Shown here one piece after another: positions 21,179 through 35,100 of a DNA stretch of 64,000 bases. Positions within the stretch are counted from its first letter, which is position 1. Every line of letters starts with the position of its first letter. The position numbers and the translations under genes are program-made. The stretch is from Minutocellus sp. GHC0000111 (Eukaryota): contig OZ361256.1 in assembly GCA_977018835.1 (NCBI GenBank), positions 2,666,001 through 2,730,000 on the forward strand, written 5' to 3'. A model generated the notes under the pieces. The model was not told the origin of the DNA. It saw only the letters and a program-made list of their open reading frames with translations, and did not search any database.

Positions 21179-21588
21179 GACGCATCACAGTTTCATGTGA
21201 GACAAAAACGGACAAAATAAGGCCTTTCTTTTCATTGTCATAACTACTAGAAAACACGGGATTTTTTGGTCCCGCTCTAAATTATTCTGATTTCAGAAGG
21301 AAGAGCGACGCTGTGCCTTTCCCTAACGACGGGGGGGCTGTTTTGCGGTGTGGTAACTTTTGATGCAAGAAGAATTTTCAGATACTGCCAGCGGCCATTC
21401 GGCGGGCGAATGTCCTCTTGCCATTGACATGCTCACTTGATGAAAATATTGACGACAGCGGCAGAGAGCGGCAGTTCATCATGGTGAAGATGGCAAAATG
21501 AAGTACTTTCTAGGTTACGTCAGCGATAAAGGGCCTTATTTTGTCCGTTTCACTACGGTGAGCGTCTCACCTGAAACTGTGATGCGTC
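21179..21588. mobile_element. Non-autonomous DNA transposon (MITE-like, 410 bp) with long imperfect TIRs and a 4-bp TSD (GTCG)
   Basis: Left GACGCATCACAGTTTCATGTGAGAC vs right GTCTCACCTGAAACTGTGATGCGTC (24/25 inverted match). Inner second block AAACGGACAAAATAAGGCC / GGCCTTATTTTGTCCGTTT. GTCG directly flanks both ends (21175-21178, 21589-21592). Confidence 0.8.
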
Positions 21589-21706
21589 GTCGATGAACTC
21601 GAGATCGAATCACCGAGAAAACATCATCATCGCCATAGTGCATTTTCATCAACTATCGGTACTACATGTAGATCTAGAGTAGCTACGATCCTATTACCAG
21701 ATCTAT

Positions 21707-22746
21707 CTAAGAAAAAGGCACAAAGTAATCCAAATCAACTCCCTCCGATTCACCGTAATATCTACCACCATCGACTTCCTTGAAGTGCTTCTCCGAAAAT
21801 CCCCATGGATATGTGGTTGGGCTTGTTTCCGACACATGTGCATTGATGTCTCCATTATTGACCATTCTCCACTGCCCGTTATTTATCCGCTCCAACTCAT
21901 ACACTCCACAGGCTGCAAACTTGAGCTCCCTCATGCTGCACTTGAGCAATGCCGCAATTAGGGCCACGGATGCTGCATGGCTGAAGCAAACGATCGTCTC
22001 CCCCTGATGATGCTCCTCAATCTTCTCGGCGAATTTTCTCATTCGTTTCGTATAGTGTCCGGCAAATGCCTCACATGGATGTCCCGTTTTGGGACAAGTA
22101 AAGCCAGGAGTCGATTCGACCTGATGCAAACTCTGATACGTCGGGTCCACATGAGGAAAGTACGCAAACCGTTCTTCGGGGGAGGGCAGCACGTTCCCAG
22201 GAGTAGCATGGGCCTCACTCAGACCATATTCAATAGAAAGCAGCACGCCGAATGCATCGGAAGTCGGACAGGCAGTCTGAATAACACGCAGGTAGGGAGA
22301 CACCATGACTTTCGCGATGGGATTGGGGGCGGTGCCACTGCCGTTGACTTTTCCGATAGTTTTCACGAGGTAGTCGGCGGTCTCCTTGGCTTGACGATGA
22401 CCAAGTGCACTTAGAGGAGGGTCAGTGGTCAGAGCTCCAAACTTCTTCGCCGCTGGTGCCCAGTGATCATTGGCATAGTCGAAGCGGTCCTGGGGGGAGG
22501 AAGGGGGTTTGATTTGTAGAAGCAATGTGAGAATGAGGAAGCGGAAGAGGCGTGTGGGCACTACGATCGCACGAGTGACCACGAAAAAGACATGCTGGCG
22601 GGCCCGCCAAAATTTATGCTTTGTGTATGTGTTGTGTCCGGCGCTGCACTCACTCCATGGCGAATCAGGAATACTCTCGAAACCACATCGTCGCATGCCG
22701 AGGTGGTTGGGGACGCGTCGGTAGCTGTCAGGTCGTTGGGTGCCAT
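21707..22746 (-). CDS. Histidine phosphatase (phosphoglycerate-mutase-like) family protein; 2 exons (intron 22490-22653)
   Basis: GGA|GTGAGT...CCCAG|GAC splicing gives VFLIRHG-DRFD. Also DPPLSALGHRQA, SPYLRVIQTA, GLSE, CFSHA. Confidence 0.88.
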
Positions 22747-23297
22747 GACGGAGAGAGACAGTAGTCATTCAAATGAAGCAAGTTGTAAAGCGCCGTTCCA
22801 AAGCGTTCGTTCAGATGAGCAGCAGCAGCTCCTTCCGTCGTCCGCTTGTGGTCTTTCCGTCGTCAGGGCTTGGATTAAAAAGCCCGTCTCTTCCGTGCAC
22901 TTGACGCCACATTCAAAGCGGCAGTATCGACCAGGTTGAAAGAAAGATGTTTCCCGGAAGGATTTCCTCTCAAGTTCACACTTCCCTCGCGTTGGATCTC
23001 CTAACGGCAGACATTTCGGAAAGCAAGCGATGATAACTGTTGATGAGTGTCGATGAGTTCAGCTACGAATTGAACATGCTTCCACTTATTTTTTTCTACG
23101 ACACGGGATGTGGGGCTGGTCTGCCACTTTCAAGGCGTCTTCTTTTCATCACACCAATGTTCACCGCCTCTGCAAACTTTCTTGAGGCCGAATTCAGCAC
23201 CCTCACAACCCACTTCCAATCTACTGCAAGCTAATATTAAAGGTGACAGCGTAGCTGCCGATGGTTGAACGCTGCTCGGCACAAAAGACGCAGTAAA

Positions 23298-26200
23298 ATG
23301 GGAGAAGGCGGCGGAGGCGGTAACAACGCCGCCATTGCCGCAGCCAATCAAGGTTATCGGGTCAAGGGATACATGTACCACTCATCAAGCGCTGACGAAG
23401 GTGATCCCAGCCCGGTTGTTCTGTATGCAACGATTGGCTATCTCATCGTAGCTGTTTTGGCAATATGGCCCATCGGTAGGTGAAAGGCTGCGTACACGCA
23501 TTTCTTTGTTTATTTGGTACATTGTTCAAATTGATTGAAGAGAATTACGACTTTTTGGACCTCGTTCCTTTTTTTGCGAGAACTTGAGAGTTGCATGCAT
23601 TTTTGTGTGACGATATGCATAATGGTGCTCACCGACAATTACAACCATCCTGGCCGCTCCAACTCCACAGTCCAAATAACACGCCGATTCAAAAAGCTTC
23701 GGAAGGCTCAACGAAAGAGGGCTCTTGAGCATGCAGCATCAATGTCGACCACAGCCTTTCGTCGCACCCCGTCACACATCGCAAGCGGCTATCCAGATGA
23801 CCACTCTCTCGCAGTCAGTAGAATCGCCCCAGTCAACGGCGGAGCCAGTGTTAGAAGTAGTAGAAGTTCCAACGTTGAGGGCGATGATGAGAGTGTTGCG
23901 ACGGCCAAGAAAGACAATACCAACTATTGCCCTCCTCAAGATGCCAACTGCGATAGCAGTAGCATCGCAACTCCCCAGCGTGGCAACAAGGGGAATGCCA
24001 GCTCGAGCCGCTCTCTTCCTTTTACTAAAGCTCCCCTCACCGGCGTTGCTGGTAATGAAAGAGGAAGGGCCAACACCTACGACTGGGCCGAAATGGAAAT
24101 ACCTCCTTCTTCCTCTGGCGTTTCTATCAAAACCACCCGTACAATGGCCGAGGCAGATACTCGAATGAGTAATGTATTCATTGAAATTCCAACGACAATG
24201 AAGGGCACTGCTTGTGCCAGTTCGTTCAAACAACCACCCCCAACAACTGTGGAGGGGGGCATTGGAGATGATGGGCAACCTTTCGAGCCTACAGTATCTT
24301 CGATAGCCAGTAGCAAGGGCACGCAACAAACTGAATCCACTGTCACCTCGACGCCTTCCTTGAATAGCTATGTATGTGGCAAGACGGCAGCAAAATCGCT
24401 AGCAACCGCTTCTACCCAATTGACTGGCTCTACAGATAGCAAAGATAGCCTTCAAGATACAAGCAAGGGAACTCCTGCTGCACGCCAGACCAGAGATGCT
24501 CGCTCTCGTGCCACAGTTTCTACTCGAAGGACAATACAGAGTGCAGCAACGACCAGTACAGTCAAATCCTTCCACTCTCTTGCGGGTAGAGGAGGCCGGA
24601 AGGCTCTCCGTGCCGCCAAGCTTGCCAACATGAGGCCTGACATGGCTATGCCTAGTAGCATGCCCGAGGCGCCATCATCCTCTTCGGTGTATAAGGCTGC
24701 TGGCGATGACATGACCCTCAAGACCGTCGATGATGGCGCTACAGTGCGCACTTCGTTCACTCGGCGATCCACCAAATCCGCCGTCACTACGGCCACAGTC
24801 AGATCTTTCTACTCGCTCTCGGCCCGCAGTGGCCGCAAGGCCGTTACGGCAGCGAGGCTCGCCTCTAAAGCTGATATCACATCTCCCCTTGACTTACCTC
24901 CGAATCCTAATAGAGGCGATAGAAGTACCAAGAAGGTCACAAGCGACGACGCCACTGTCAGCATGTTCGACGAATACTTCTCCATGGAGGGCGGTGGCGA
25001 ATACGACGAGGAGGAAGGCAGCCCACGAGGATGCCTCATCGTCTGCTCTGCTGACAATTCAGATTGGCATGACGATAAGACTATTGATACTGAGGACATC
25101 CTTGATGAAGGAGCTTGGGACAACTACGAGTGGCATGAGCTGCCTAGCCATGTTCGAGATGCAGCCTGCCTTCTCGGTTGTACTTCGAGCCAGGCTTGGA
25201 ATTGCGGCGGCGTGGCATACAACAATGATAAGTCCTGGAACGAGTTGAGCTCGGCCCAGATTAGAGCCGCCCGGGTCCTTGGCTTCAATCAGCGTCTGTG
25301 GGATCACGAAGTGGTCGAAAGAACAAAGATGCAACAAGTCATTCGAGGCCTCGATACGTATCGCGAAGTGGTGCAGTGTAATGAAGAGACTAGGATGATT
25401 ACGGGCATTGCGCTTCCCGCTACTTGGGAGACGATGCTTGAGCTAATCACAGAAGCCATTCAGATTGCTCTTATCTCGAAGTACCTTGGACAAGACGCAC
25501 TCGACGCCTACGCCGTAGTAGAAGGTTGCCTGTTTGTTGCCTATAATATTGGATCAGGGCTGACTGATGCCGAAGAGATTCTTGTTTGCCAAGCTCTCGG
25601 TATGGAGGACACCTTCCTTGCAGGACAGTACACCCTCCTTTCTATTGCTACATACATTATTTCAGCCGCCCCGGTTTATCTATGCCTCATTTTCTTTATC
25701 GAAGCGATCATTATTGGTCTTGGTCTCAACGCTGAGGTGGCCACCATGGCAATGCTCTACATCCCGGTCCTTGCCCTCTCCCATTTTATCAGTGACTCTT
25801 TTGCTGACACGCTTTCGTCGCTGCTGCGATGTGATGGGAAGTATCTTGAAATGGCGATCATTGATAGTATCTTCAACGTTTCGCACATAATGATGGTTGC
25901 AGCTGGGGTTGTTTTCTTTGACGTTGGCCTCGTTGGAATGGCTTGGATCGAGGTTGTCAATGCCGTGATTTACGGCGTCTTCATCTTTGCCTATTCCTCC
26001 GCCAAGGGGTGGTTGCAGCCATTTTGGGGAGGCTTGACTGATGTTCGAGTGCTGCTCTCATTAAAGAGCATCAAAAACATGATGGTTTTGGCTTTCCCAC
26101 TTGCATTGAATGAGTTTATTTCATCAGGTGAATGGTCAATCCTATCTCTGTTCGCTGGATATATCGGCGGCATAGATCTAAATGCATGGACCATCCTCGG

Positions 26201-27191
26201 TTCCCTCTGGGGTTTGTTCTCTTATGCCCCCGAGGGTATCAACAGTGCCGTCGTCATGCGACTAGCATTTCATCTCGGGCGCGGTGATCCACGAAGCGCC
26301 AAAGTGACCGGCTACAAGTGTCTGGCGTACTGTGGAGGCCTTTCCTTGGTAGTTTCGGCCATGTTCTACATTTGGCATAAGGAGATCATCGCTCTGTTTA
26401 CGAATTCACCACTGATCGCTGCCTCTCTCGGAAAAACCGTCGTTTTGATTGCCGTTGGAAATGTGATTGTTGGCTTGGGTGGTACAGCAAGTGTCATTCT
26501 TACAGCGCAGGGCAGGCCTGGTATCGCCACTTGGGTCAATGGCATTTCTGTTTGGGCCATTAGCATTCCTTTGAGTGCTTTGTTTACATTTGGACTGAAA
26601 TACAATATCACCGGGCTCGTCTGTTCGATGCTCACTGCCTACACTACGTCGTCGCTCATTATGTTGGCCTTCGTCTTCACAACCAATTGGGCAAAGGCCT
26701 CGATGGAAGTTATTGCTGCCGAAGCCGAGGAAGAAGGGTCTTTCGGCGGCGATGATGCATCAACGATTTCACAACTAAGTTTGGCTTTGAAAGATGACCC
26801 CGGAATACGACCGTCATGTGATGCAACAAATGATGAAAAAGATTCATCGACCGTTGTAGCACTTTATACTACAACAAGTGATTGTGCGCCCATCGGCTCT
26901 CGAGCTTTCGCAATCCCATCATCGAGCGCCTGTACTTCTTTATCTCGAAAACCAGATTGTTCTTCGTTGCCTTGCTGTTCCTATGTTACAGATGAAATCT
27001 CTATGTCTGGAATGGAGACTATAATGAGTCCAGGTGGACTTTTTACTATCGTTGAAAACAACGAAGAAAGATTTCGGCAGTGGGTCGGAACGCAGTCATC
27101 GGTCAAGAGCGTAAGTAGTAAAGGCAAAAAAGTCCGAGTTATTCGCGAAAAGAAAGGAATGAATAAGAAGTTCTCGGCTACCGATGTGTAG
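23298..27191 (+). CDS. MATE-family transporter with an N-terminal TM and long S/T-rich disordered extension, copy 1; 2 exons (intron 23476-23670)
   Basis: G|GTAGGT...CACAG|TC joins WPI-V-QITRR. The C-terminal half has ~12 hydrophobic helices with MATE motifs (LVCQALG, RLAFHLGRGDPRSAK, ILTAQGRP, WAISIPLS, TTNW). Confidence 0.85.
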
Positions 27192-28120
27192 GTAGCAACA
27201 TCAATTTCTTCGAGAAGAAAATATTTTACATGTGTACCGGTGCGTGTAGGTCTATATTATATAATTTAATTTGTTTACACGTAGCCATGTTAGAACGTAG
27301 GAAGAGAAAATCGTTTTCAAGCGTCTGGCGTTGCCTGTAACTAGAAGCCCGCATTCGCAGGGTTGCAGTTCAAGCCAGGGTGTCGTGTCACCACCAAAAT
27401 ATGGACTAGATAGGATAAGGATAAGGATGTAGGATTCCCACATATATATTAGTTCAACCTAAATGGCTTTATCGAATTGCCATGTACATGTACATGTCAT
27501 GGCGGCGATTCCTCACGTAAAATTAGAACGTTCACTCATTGCAATACGACGAATTGATAGCTGGCATCCCTTAGATACCGATGCCCTACATGTACCGGTT
27601 CGCGTACATGTAGTCAAAACAAAATCCAGATAAGAATTCCTACATTAGGAGGGTATCTCATAAGAGTGAACTAAAGTTAGCAGATGTACGGTCCGGACTG
27701 TACCGGTAGATCTATTCGGCCAAACAGCGAGAGATGCAGCAGTTTTCAGTTTTGCTCAGCGGGACGGGAACAATTCACCGGGAACAAAGGTGCTACTAAC
27801 GAGAGCGCGCCGGCCAGATATCTTATTGGCAGTCCAAAGAACCAGTACAAAGGGGTGCTCGCCAACGGGACACGGTGCCCGAAGAAAAGTCTGGGAAGAA
27901 AATCGAAAAGTTTTTCTGCCGGGTGAAAGGTGAGGATCTAGCAAGCGTTGATACGTTGAAACGATGCAACGCACATTGAGCGGGGTATTATTTCTCTTTG
28001 GGACGCATAATTTTGATAGGAAGTCAGGTAGCCATACCCCTGGCTGCGAACAAGCTCGTCGCGCTGTCGTTGCGCTCAGATTCTGTTTGTAGGCCCACGA
28101 TAGTGACTGCCTCCATCGTC

Positions 28121-31009
28121 ATGGTCCGTTACTCTGTTGCCGCTTGGTCGCTGCAAGTTTTGGCCCTTGCGCTCTTCCTTGGTGCCTATTACAATGGTGC
28201 TATGGCTGTCGAAATCGTCGATGCAAACGGAGGAGCTGCGCCATGGGGTGGCATCAGAGATAATTTCTGGACTGTCGACCCAGTTGACGTCAACAAAAAG
28301 CAGAAGCAAGCATCTGCTGGCGGAACTTCCAACGGCAAACAAGCCAACAACAACAAAGCTGGCAACAAGAACAAAGCTGCAGATAACAAAACTGGCAATA
28401 AAGATGGCACCCCTGATCCCCCTAACGACAATGGTGTCGACGTCTGGTCCCTCCCCAAAGCGATTGCAAATGTAACAGGACAAGAGTCTCTCGTCGGTTG
28501 GGAAAAATATCTCTCGAATGACCCCTTTGGCGAGGGGAGTGGCATTGGACCGATTGCCCTGGTCAATTCTGTTGGCGGGCTCACTTGGCGGTCAGCAATC
28601 AAGTGCGTGAATGGCGACAAGATGGAAGTAAGTCAATACGGACAAGAGATATGCATCGGAGTTGGGGAGGGCATTTGTACGGCAGATGGATGGCAGTTTG
28701 GTATTCGATATCACGACGATAACATGTATGTCATGCTCTGGAGGAAAGATGACCAAAACAGCCCCGCTTACAAGTGGTTTCCAGGAGCAAAGCAATTGTG
28801 CATTGGAGATCAGAGGCTATTTGGCAGCAACGAATTGGACAAGAATGACGAGTACGAGATCCCCAGTGTGGAATATCTTCGAGTCGTCTTCGACGGCTGT
28901 CACTACTATCTGATTGGGACTGGGTCTGTAAAAGCAGAGAAGTTTGCAAAACTCAAAATTTCGGCAGATGAAGACAAGAAAAAGCCCGTTGAAGTCAAGT
29001 TCGGTAAACTTTGGAATATCGATGAGAATGGAAATTCCGTGACGAGTCCTGATGCTATTTGGTATCCCATCCCTTGCCAATCTGAAGGCTCTACCGCCTC
29101 GAGCCCGATCGGAGCTAAAGCTGGAGATGGCGATGCTCCACCAGCAGCCAAGGGCGAAAAAGGTGCAACCGAAGGGACGCTAACAGGAGAAGCTGGTGCT
29201 TCATGGAGCATCCCGACAAAAGCTCCAACAGCTATTCCCTTGTCGCCATTATCGGAGCCAAAGAAAGCTTGCTTCTGGCGTTGGGATGCATCCTGTCAGG
29301 ATGATCCTACATACCGTTCCAAAGACAATTTAGGATGTGAAAAATATGAGGGCGAGGACTGCCTCGATTTGAGCCACTTTAATCAGCCAGACGTGTCCGA
29401 ACTCATCACGCGTTGTCCATGTAGTTGTAGAATTGAATGCAATTCTTATAATATCTGGGAGCCTAGCTCGGAATCACAGACAAATGTTCCCAGCTCAGAG
29501 CCTTCAAATGAACCATCGCGCAGGTAAGTCCAGTCTCGTTTGTAGCGTGAAAGTATTGGTACAGTTGGTAAATAATGGTGTCGAGCTCAAACAGACATGG
29601 TATAGCTCACAAAGGTCTTTCTTGTTTACATCTACTTTTCTCTCTCACTCTACGATCGTCCTAACTCAAATAAACGTACATGCAGGCCAACAAAGATCCC
29701 TTCCGTCAGCCCGACCCGCTCTCCAATCACCATAGGCGAGTCGGCAGGATATGAATTCGCTATGACAACGCCAAAGGAGGATTGGGTTTGGACTCGCAGT
29801 TATTCAGCTTGCAACCGTCGTCTTCAAGAGACTGTCGAAACGAAGCAACAAAAGAGGACCAACTTTCAACGAAGATTCAACAAGCGTTTCCGAGATGATG
29901 TCGAAGAAGAAGGCGTCGGCGACGACATTAGTGAACGCGCAAATTATCCTCTTCCAGGAGAATACGATGATAATCATATCATTGAAGATAGGAGCGGCGA
30001 AATACGAACATCTGAACGAGAGTTTGACCATGAAAATGAAGTTGGATTGGACATGAATGCCATCGGATGCATTCCTGATGTTATTCCAGTTGGTAGAGCA
30101 TCGGAAACTCCCATGACTGATACGCAGGTATGTCCTGCTGTAGCATCTCCATTCGGTGGACCAAACACCACTGCCCAGGTCGACGGATTTGTTATTCCAG
30201 AATGCGGAGGGCTATGCGCTAGCCGCATCAACCGCAACGTCCTCTGGGCTATCAATGACTACTCCAACCACCACTCTCTCTATGCGATCAACTCCATCGA
30301 CGGTTCTGTCCAACAATATCCAATTTCTAATGGCAACAATTATGACTACGAGGACATTGCATGTGGGCCGGGTCCAATTCCAAATGTTGGTTATATCTAC
30401 GTGGCGGACATTGGTGATAACGATGCTTGGCGTGGTATGAAATATTTCCTTCGGACGTGGCCTCCAATTGTCATTTACCGCATCCGCGAGCCCAACTTGT
30501 CCACTCTCCGGAACCCTGAACTAACGCAGTGGGATAAGCTCGAGCTGCGGTACACCGATGGACCTCACAATGCCGAGGCTGTAATGATCGACCCGGTCTC
30601 CCGCAGAATATTCATTCTGACCAAGTCGAGCGGTAGAATCTGGATGACACCAAGTGAATGGGGACCGGGCGATGCGTCCATGGTTCTCAAACGAGTGGGC
30701 CGGATCAAGAATATGCCCGACTCGTTGACTGGAATTGACATCAGTCCGGATGGAAAAGAGATTGTTGTCAAGTTCTACGATTCCATCCATTACTTTTGCA
30801 TGGGCAGTCGGCAGTACGGCAATCCCGCCGGTGCCTGGCAGGATATTTTGAATGTGCTGACAACGACCGATGGCATTCCAGTCCCTTACGAAGAAGAGCC
30901 GCAGGGAGAGGCCGTGTGCTTCGGTCCGAGCTTTGATGATGGCTTGTACACATTGTCTGAAGCCAAGCGCAACCCGCTCGTCCCCCTCATTCATCACCAA
31001 AGGCTTTAG
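28121..31009 (+). CDS. Secreted protein (signal peptide, Cys-containing N domain, ShKT-like Cys module, RRL site, C-terminal bacterial-type beta-propeller), copy A; 2 exons (intron 29524-29685)
   Basis: MVRYSVAAWSLQVLALALFLG signal peptide. AG|GTAAGT...TGCAG|G joins to MTTPKE in frame. CQDDPTY...C...C...RCPCSC; ECGGLCASR...LWAIND, DYEDIA, YVADIGDN, HNAEA, DISPDG, QGEAVCF. Confidence 0.8.
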
Positions 31010-32148
31010 CCTTTGCTTAGCTACGTAGTGCAAATTGTAGCACGAGAGTTTGTCGAACTTAACTTGCTGGCGATAGCATTGACTGTAGTGCTAATGCGCC
31101 TGGATAAATAATATAATTACAATGCATTACGATTCGTATGTGCGAATATAGTCCAAGCTGAAATGCCTGCTCGGACAGATAGATAAGAGACAGCAGGGAA
31201 TCCACAATTCATTCACTGGGCTCCGCAGCCTCGCGGCGCTCCGCCAGAGCTCGCTTACGCTCGCTGCTGAATGAGTGATCAGCCTTATCAAACTAATATA
31301 TATCAATCATTGACACCGAATGAGATAAGGCATCGCATTTACAAATAATGCACGTGTGCAAGGCTGCTGATTTCGGCGCCGGACGCAGGCAGAGACAGCC
31401 GACACTTTTATAATTGTTAATAATGCCCAGTCAAAGGTGGGATGCTGAGTTGAGCTGAACCAGAATGAATCGCCAGTCCAGCCAGGCGGGCGGCGTATCT
31501 TTTTGGCTTGTGCTTCATCGTGAGTGATAATTACTCCTCTAATTTAAGAGTTGACTGAGGCTACATGCAGGGGAAAATTGTGCTTCATCGGTTCATCGGA
31601 TCTTTTCGTCTGTCGTCGTCCGACTACATGTACCGATCCCTTGACTCGACTCACTCGACTCATTCGACCACAACTAGCTATGTACGTACGTAGTAAAGGG
31701 CGCATCCCCCATCTTTCTCACAGTTCCAACGATAGCGGCTGTGTCATCTGTCCCAGTATCGTCCAAGATGGTGGTTGCTGCGCTCGCTCACTTTGCCTCT
31801 CTTTTCCCCATGCTCCTCGCGTTGGGTGCCAAAGATGCCCATGTAAATCCTGAACCGATCGTCGCGTCGTTGTGACCTTCAACGCACGGCGATCGGTCGT
31901 AATGACATTTTGGTACAGTGGGCCCGTTGTGCTACAAAAGAACCATGGTCATTCTTCATTCTTCTCCGCTTGCCCTCTCGTTCTTCATGTGCGTTTTGCC
32001 GGGTTTGTGCTGAGCATCGGGGCGGGTTGGTTCATTTGGCGGTACCATAACTCACAATTCCTTTAAGGCTGAACATATCAACCGAGTCAAGTCAAAAGTG
32101 AAAACCCAGTGCTAATACGCGCAAACTTCAACACAACATTCGCCAGTC

Positions 32149-35100
32149 ATGGGAGGAGCCGAAGGCAACGCCGCAGCAATCAACTCCGACATCGCCGAGT
32201 ATGGCTATCGGGTGAAAGGTTCGCACGGCGCCCAGAACAACAATAGCAGGGGACATGATCCCAGTCCAATCCTTTTATATGCGACGGTCTTGTATCTTAT
32301 TGTGGCTGTGCTGGACATCTGGCCAATCGGTGAGTGAAATTTGGTCATGCAGTCTCTATATCACTGTATCCAATACAAGCTCTTGGCGGCATTGATTGAA
32401 TTACTAGCTAGGATAGAATTGCCTCCAATCGCAATCGAATCCTCATGGCCTTTCATGCCTTTCTTTCCCTCTCCATCTTTAGTTCAACGGGCCCGTCGAA
32501 TCAAAAAAAGCCGCAAAGCCCAACGGAAGAAGGCTCTGGAGGATGCCATGAGATCTCCAAAGGCTCAGCGTCGTCGATCATACATCGCCAGCAATTACCC
32601 AGACGACCATTCCCTCGCCGCCAGCACCATTAAAACATACGATTATTATTCTTCACATACGACGGCAGTAGCTCAAGGTGAGGGTTTCTCCAATAGCGAT
32701 GACGTTGATTCTGGTGACAATTCTGATTCGAACGATGACGACAGTGTTGCGACCAACAAACAGGACAATACCAACTACTACCCTCCCCAACAAGCTGTCA
32801 CTTCCGAAATGGATACGAATGATGATCTACCATCTGTACCCGATGTCAGTGTGGCAACTCCAAGACGTCACAACAAGGAGCGCAGCGATGGCATTGCCAC
32901 ATCGAACCAGGATGCTTCTAGTAGACCTACTAGTACTTCTCCTGCCCCGGTGGAGGGCAACGGCGAGGCAGCGGATGCTGTTGCCGAGTGCGATGTGGCC
33001 AACATGGAGGTTCCCACCTCTCCATCCATCGTTGCTCTGGGCACAATCGCTACTACTGCTACCATGGCTGAGGACGATGCTCACATGGCGGATGTTTCGG
33101 TGGAGATGCCTCCGTCTCTGCACCGTCCGAATGCAGCAGCACGTTCCAATGAATTTGCAGAAGTCCAACGTCCAACAAGAGTGGAGGGACTCATCGGTGA
33201 TAATGGACAAGCTTTCGTGCCAACCGCGCCTTCTGTTGCCGCCAGTAAGGGCACAGAACACACCAAAGCGACCGCTGCATCTACGTATGCTTCCGCTCCT
33301 CGTAGATCATCCAATGGTGACGAAAGTAGCCACTGGACACCGTCTTTGCAGAGCAAGGAGACTGCACAGGTATCGAAGACTGATGCAACTCAGCCGACTG
33401 TTTCTGACCAAAGCAGTGAGACGTCCTACAATGGTCTACGTATCTCTGGATCAGGGTTGAGCGAGGGAACCTTGACCGCAAGGACGAGCATCGCCGGTGC
33501 CAGCACATCGAAGCATGCCCAGTCTTCCGGATCAGTGGCTACCAAGGCGACACGAACTACAAAGCCAGCGAAACCGCTCGCTCCTCCCGCTCTCGCGTCA
33601 CTACATCAACTCGCAGGACGGCCCTGACCGCCGCAACGACCAGTACAGTCAAATCCTTCCACTCTCTCGCTGGGCGCGGAGGCCGGAAGGCTCTCCGTGC
33701 CGCCAAGCTTGCCAACATGAGGCCTGACATGGCTATGCCTAGTAGCATGCCCGAGGCGCCATCATCCTCCTCGGTGTACCTAGGTATAAGGCAGCTGGCG
33801 ATGACATGACCCTCAAGACCGTCGATGATGGCGCTACCGTGCGTACCTCGTTCACTCGGCGATCCACCAAATCCGTCGTCACTACGGCCACAGCCAGATC
33901 CTTTTACTCCCTATCAGCTCGCAGTGGCCGCAAGGCCGTTACGGCAGCGAGGATCGCATCTAAAGCTGATATCACATCTTTCCTTGACTTACCTCCGAAT
34001 CCTAATAGAGGCGATAGAAGTACCAAGAAGGTCACAAGCGACGACGCCACTGTCAGCATGTTCGACGAATACTTCTCCATGGAGGGCGGTGGCGAATACG
34101 ACGAGGAGGAAGGCAGCCCACGAGGATGCCTCATCGTCTGCTGCGCCGATAATTCCTCCAACGCAGATATGCACCACGAAGACAAGATCATCGACACGGA
34201 GGACATCCTTGACGAGGGTGCCTGGGACGACTACGAGTGGCACGAGCTGCCCAGCCATGTTCGAGATGCGGCCTGCCTTCTTGGTTGTACTTCGAGCCAG
34301 GCTTGGAATTGTGGCGGCGTAGCATACAACAATAATTAGTCTTGGAGCGAGTTGAGCTCGGCCCAGATTAGAGCCGCTCGGGTCCTTGGCTTCAATCAGC
34401 GATTGTGGGATCATGAGGCAATCGAGCGGACGAGATTTCATGAAGCCGTCCGAGGCCTCGATACGTATCGTGAGGTGGTGGAGTGCAATAAAGAGACTGG
34501 AATGATCACGAGCATAGCTCTTCCCGCTACTTGGGAGAATATGATTGAACTCGCCACGGGAGCAATTCAGGTCGCGCTAATATCACAGTACCTTGGACCA
34601 GAAGTTCTAGCTGCATATGCCGTTGTGGAGGGTTGTCTCAGCATTGCCTACAATATTGGGTCAGGGCTTGAGGATGCCGAAGAAATTCTTGTGTGCCAGG
34701 CTCTTGGCATGGAGGACACATTTCTTGCAGGACAGTACACTCTCCTTTCCATCGCCACTTATCTCTTGGCGGCTGCGCCTGTTTACATCATCCTGATTTT
34801 TTTCATCGACGAGATCATAATCGGGCTTCGCCTTGGCAACGAAATTGCCACCATCGCTATGCTCTACATCCCGGTGTTGACACTGTCGCACTTGATTCAT
34901 GACACCTTTGCGAATACGCTCTCTTCGCTTCTTCGTTGCAGTGGTAAGAATCTTCAAATTGCAGCCATCGATAGCATATTCAATGTCGTCCATGTAGCCC
35001 TGGTGGCGATTGCCATTGTCAGGCTTGACTTCAACCTCGTGGGAATGGCTTGGATCGAGGTTGTCAATGCCGTGATTTACGGCGTCTTCATCTTTGCCTA

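Noticed and set aside
22740..22768. MTTVSLRHG as the catalytic RHG of the histidine phosphatase
   Set aside because: Coincidental; the spliced VFLIRHG-DRFD in another frame fits the family and canonical splice sites.
27340..27400. GTTCAAG...CCACCA, superficially tRNA-like
   Set aside because: No T-stem pairing or cloverleaf can be built.
31215..31270. GCTCGC/CTCGCTTACGCTCG-rich patch (similar ones near 49656, 55498, 62925)
   Set aside because: Could be a TE remnant or promoter motif, but I could not define boundaries or a consistent consensus.
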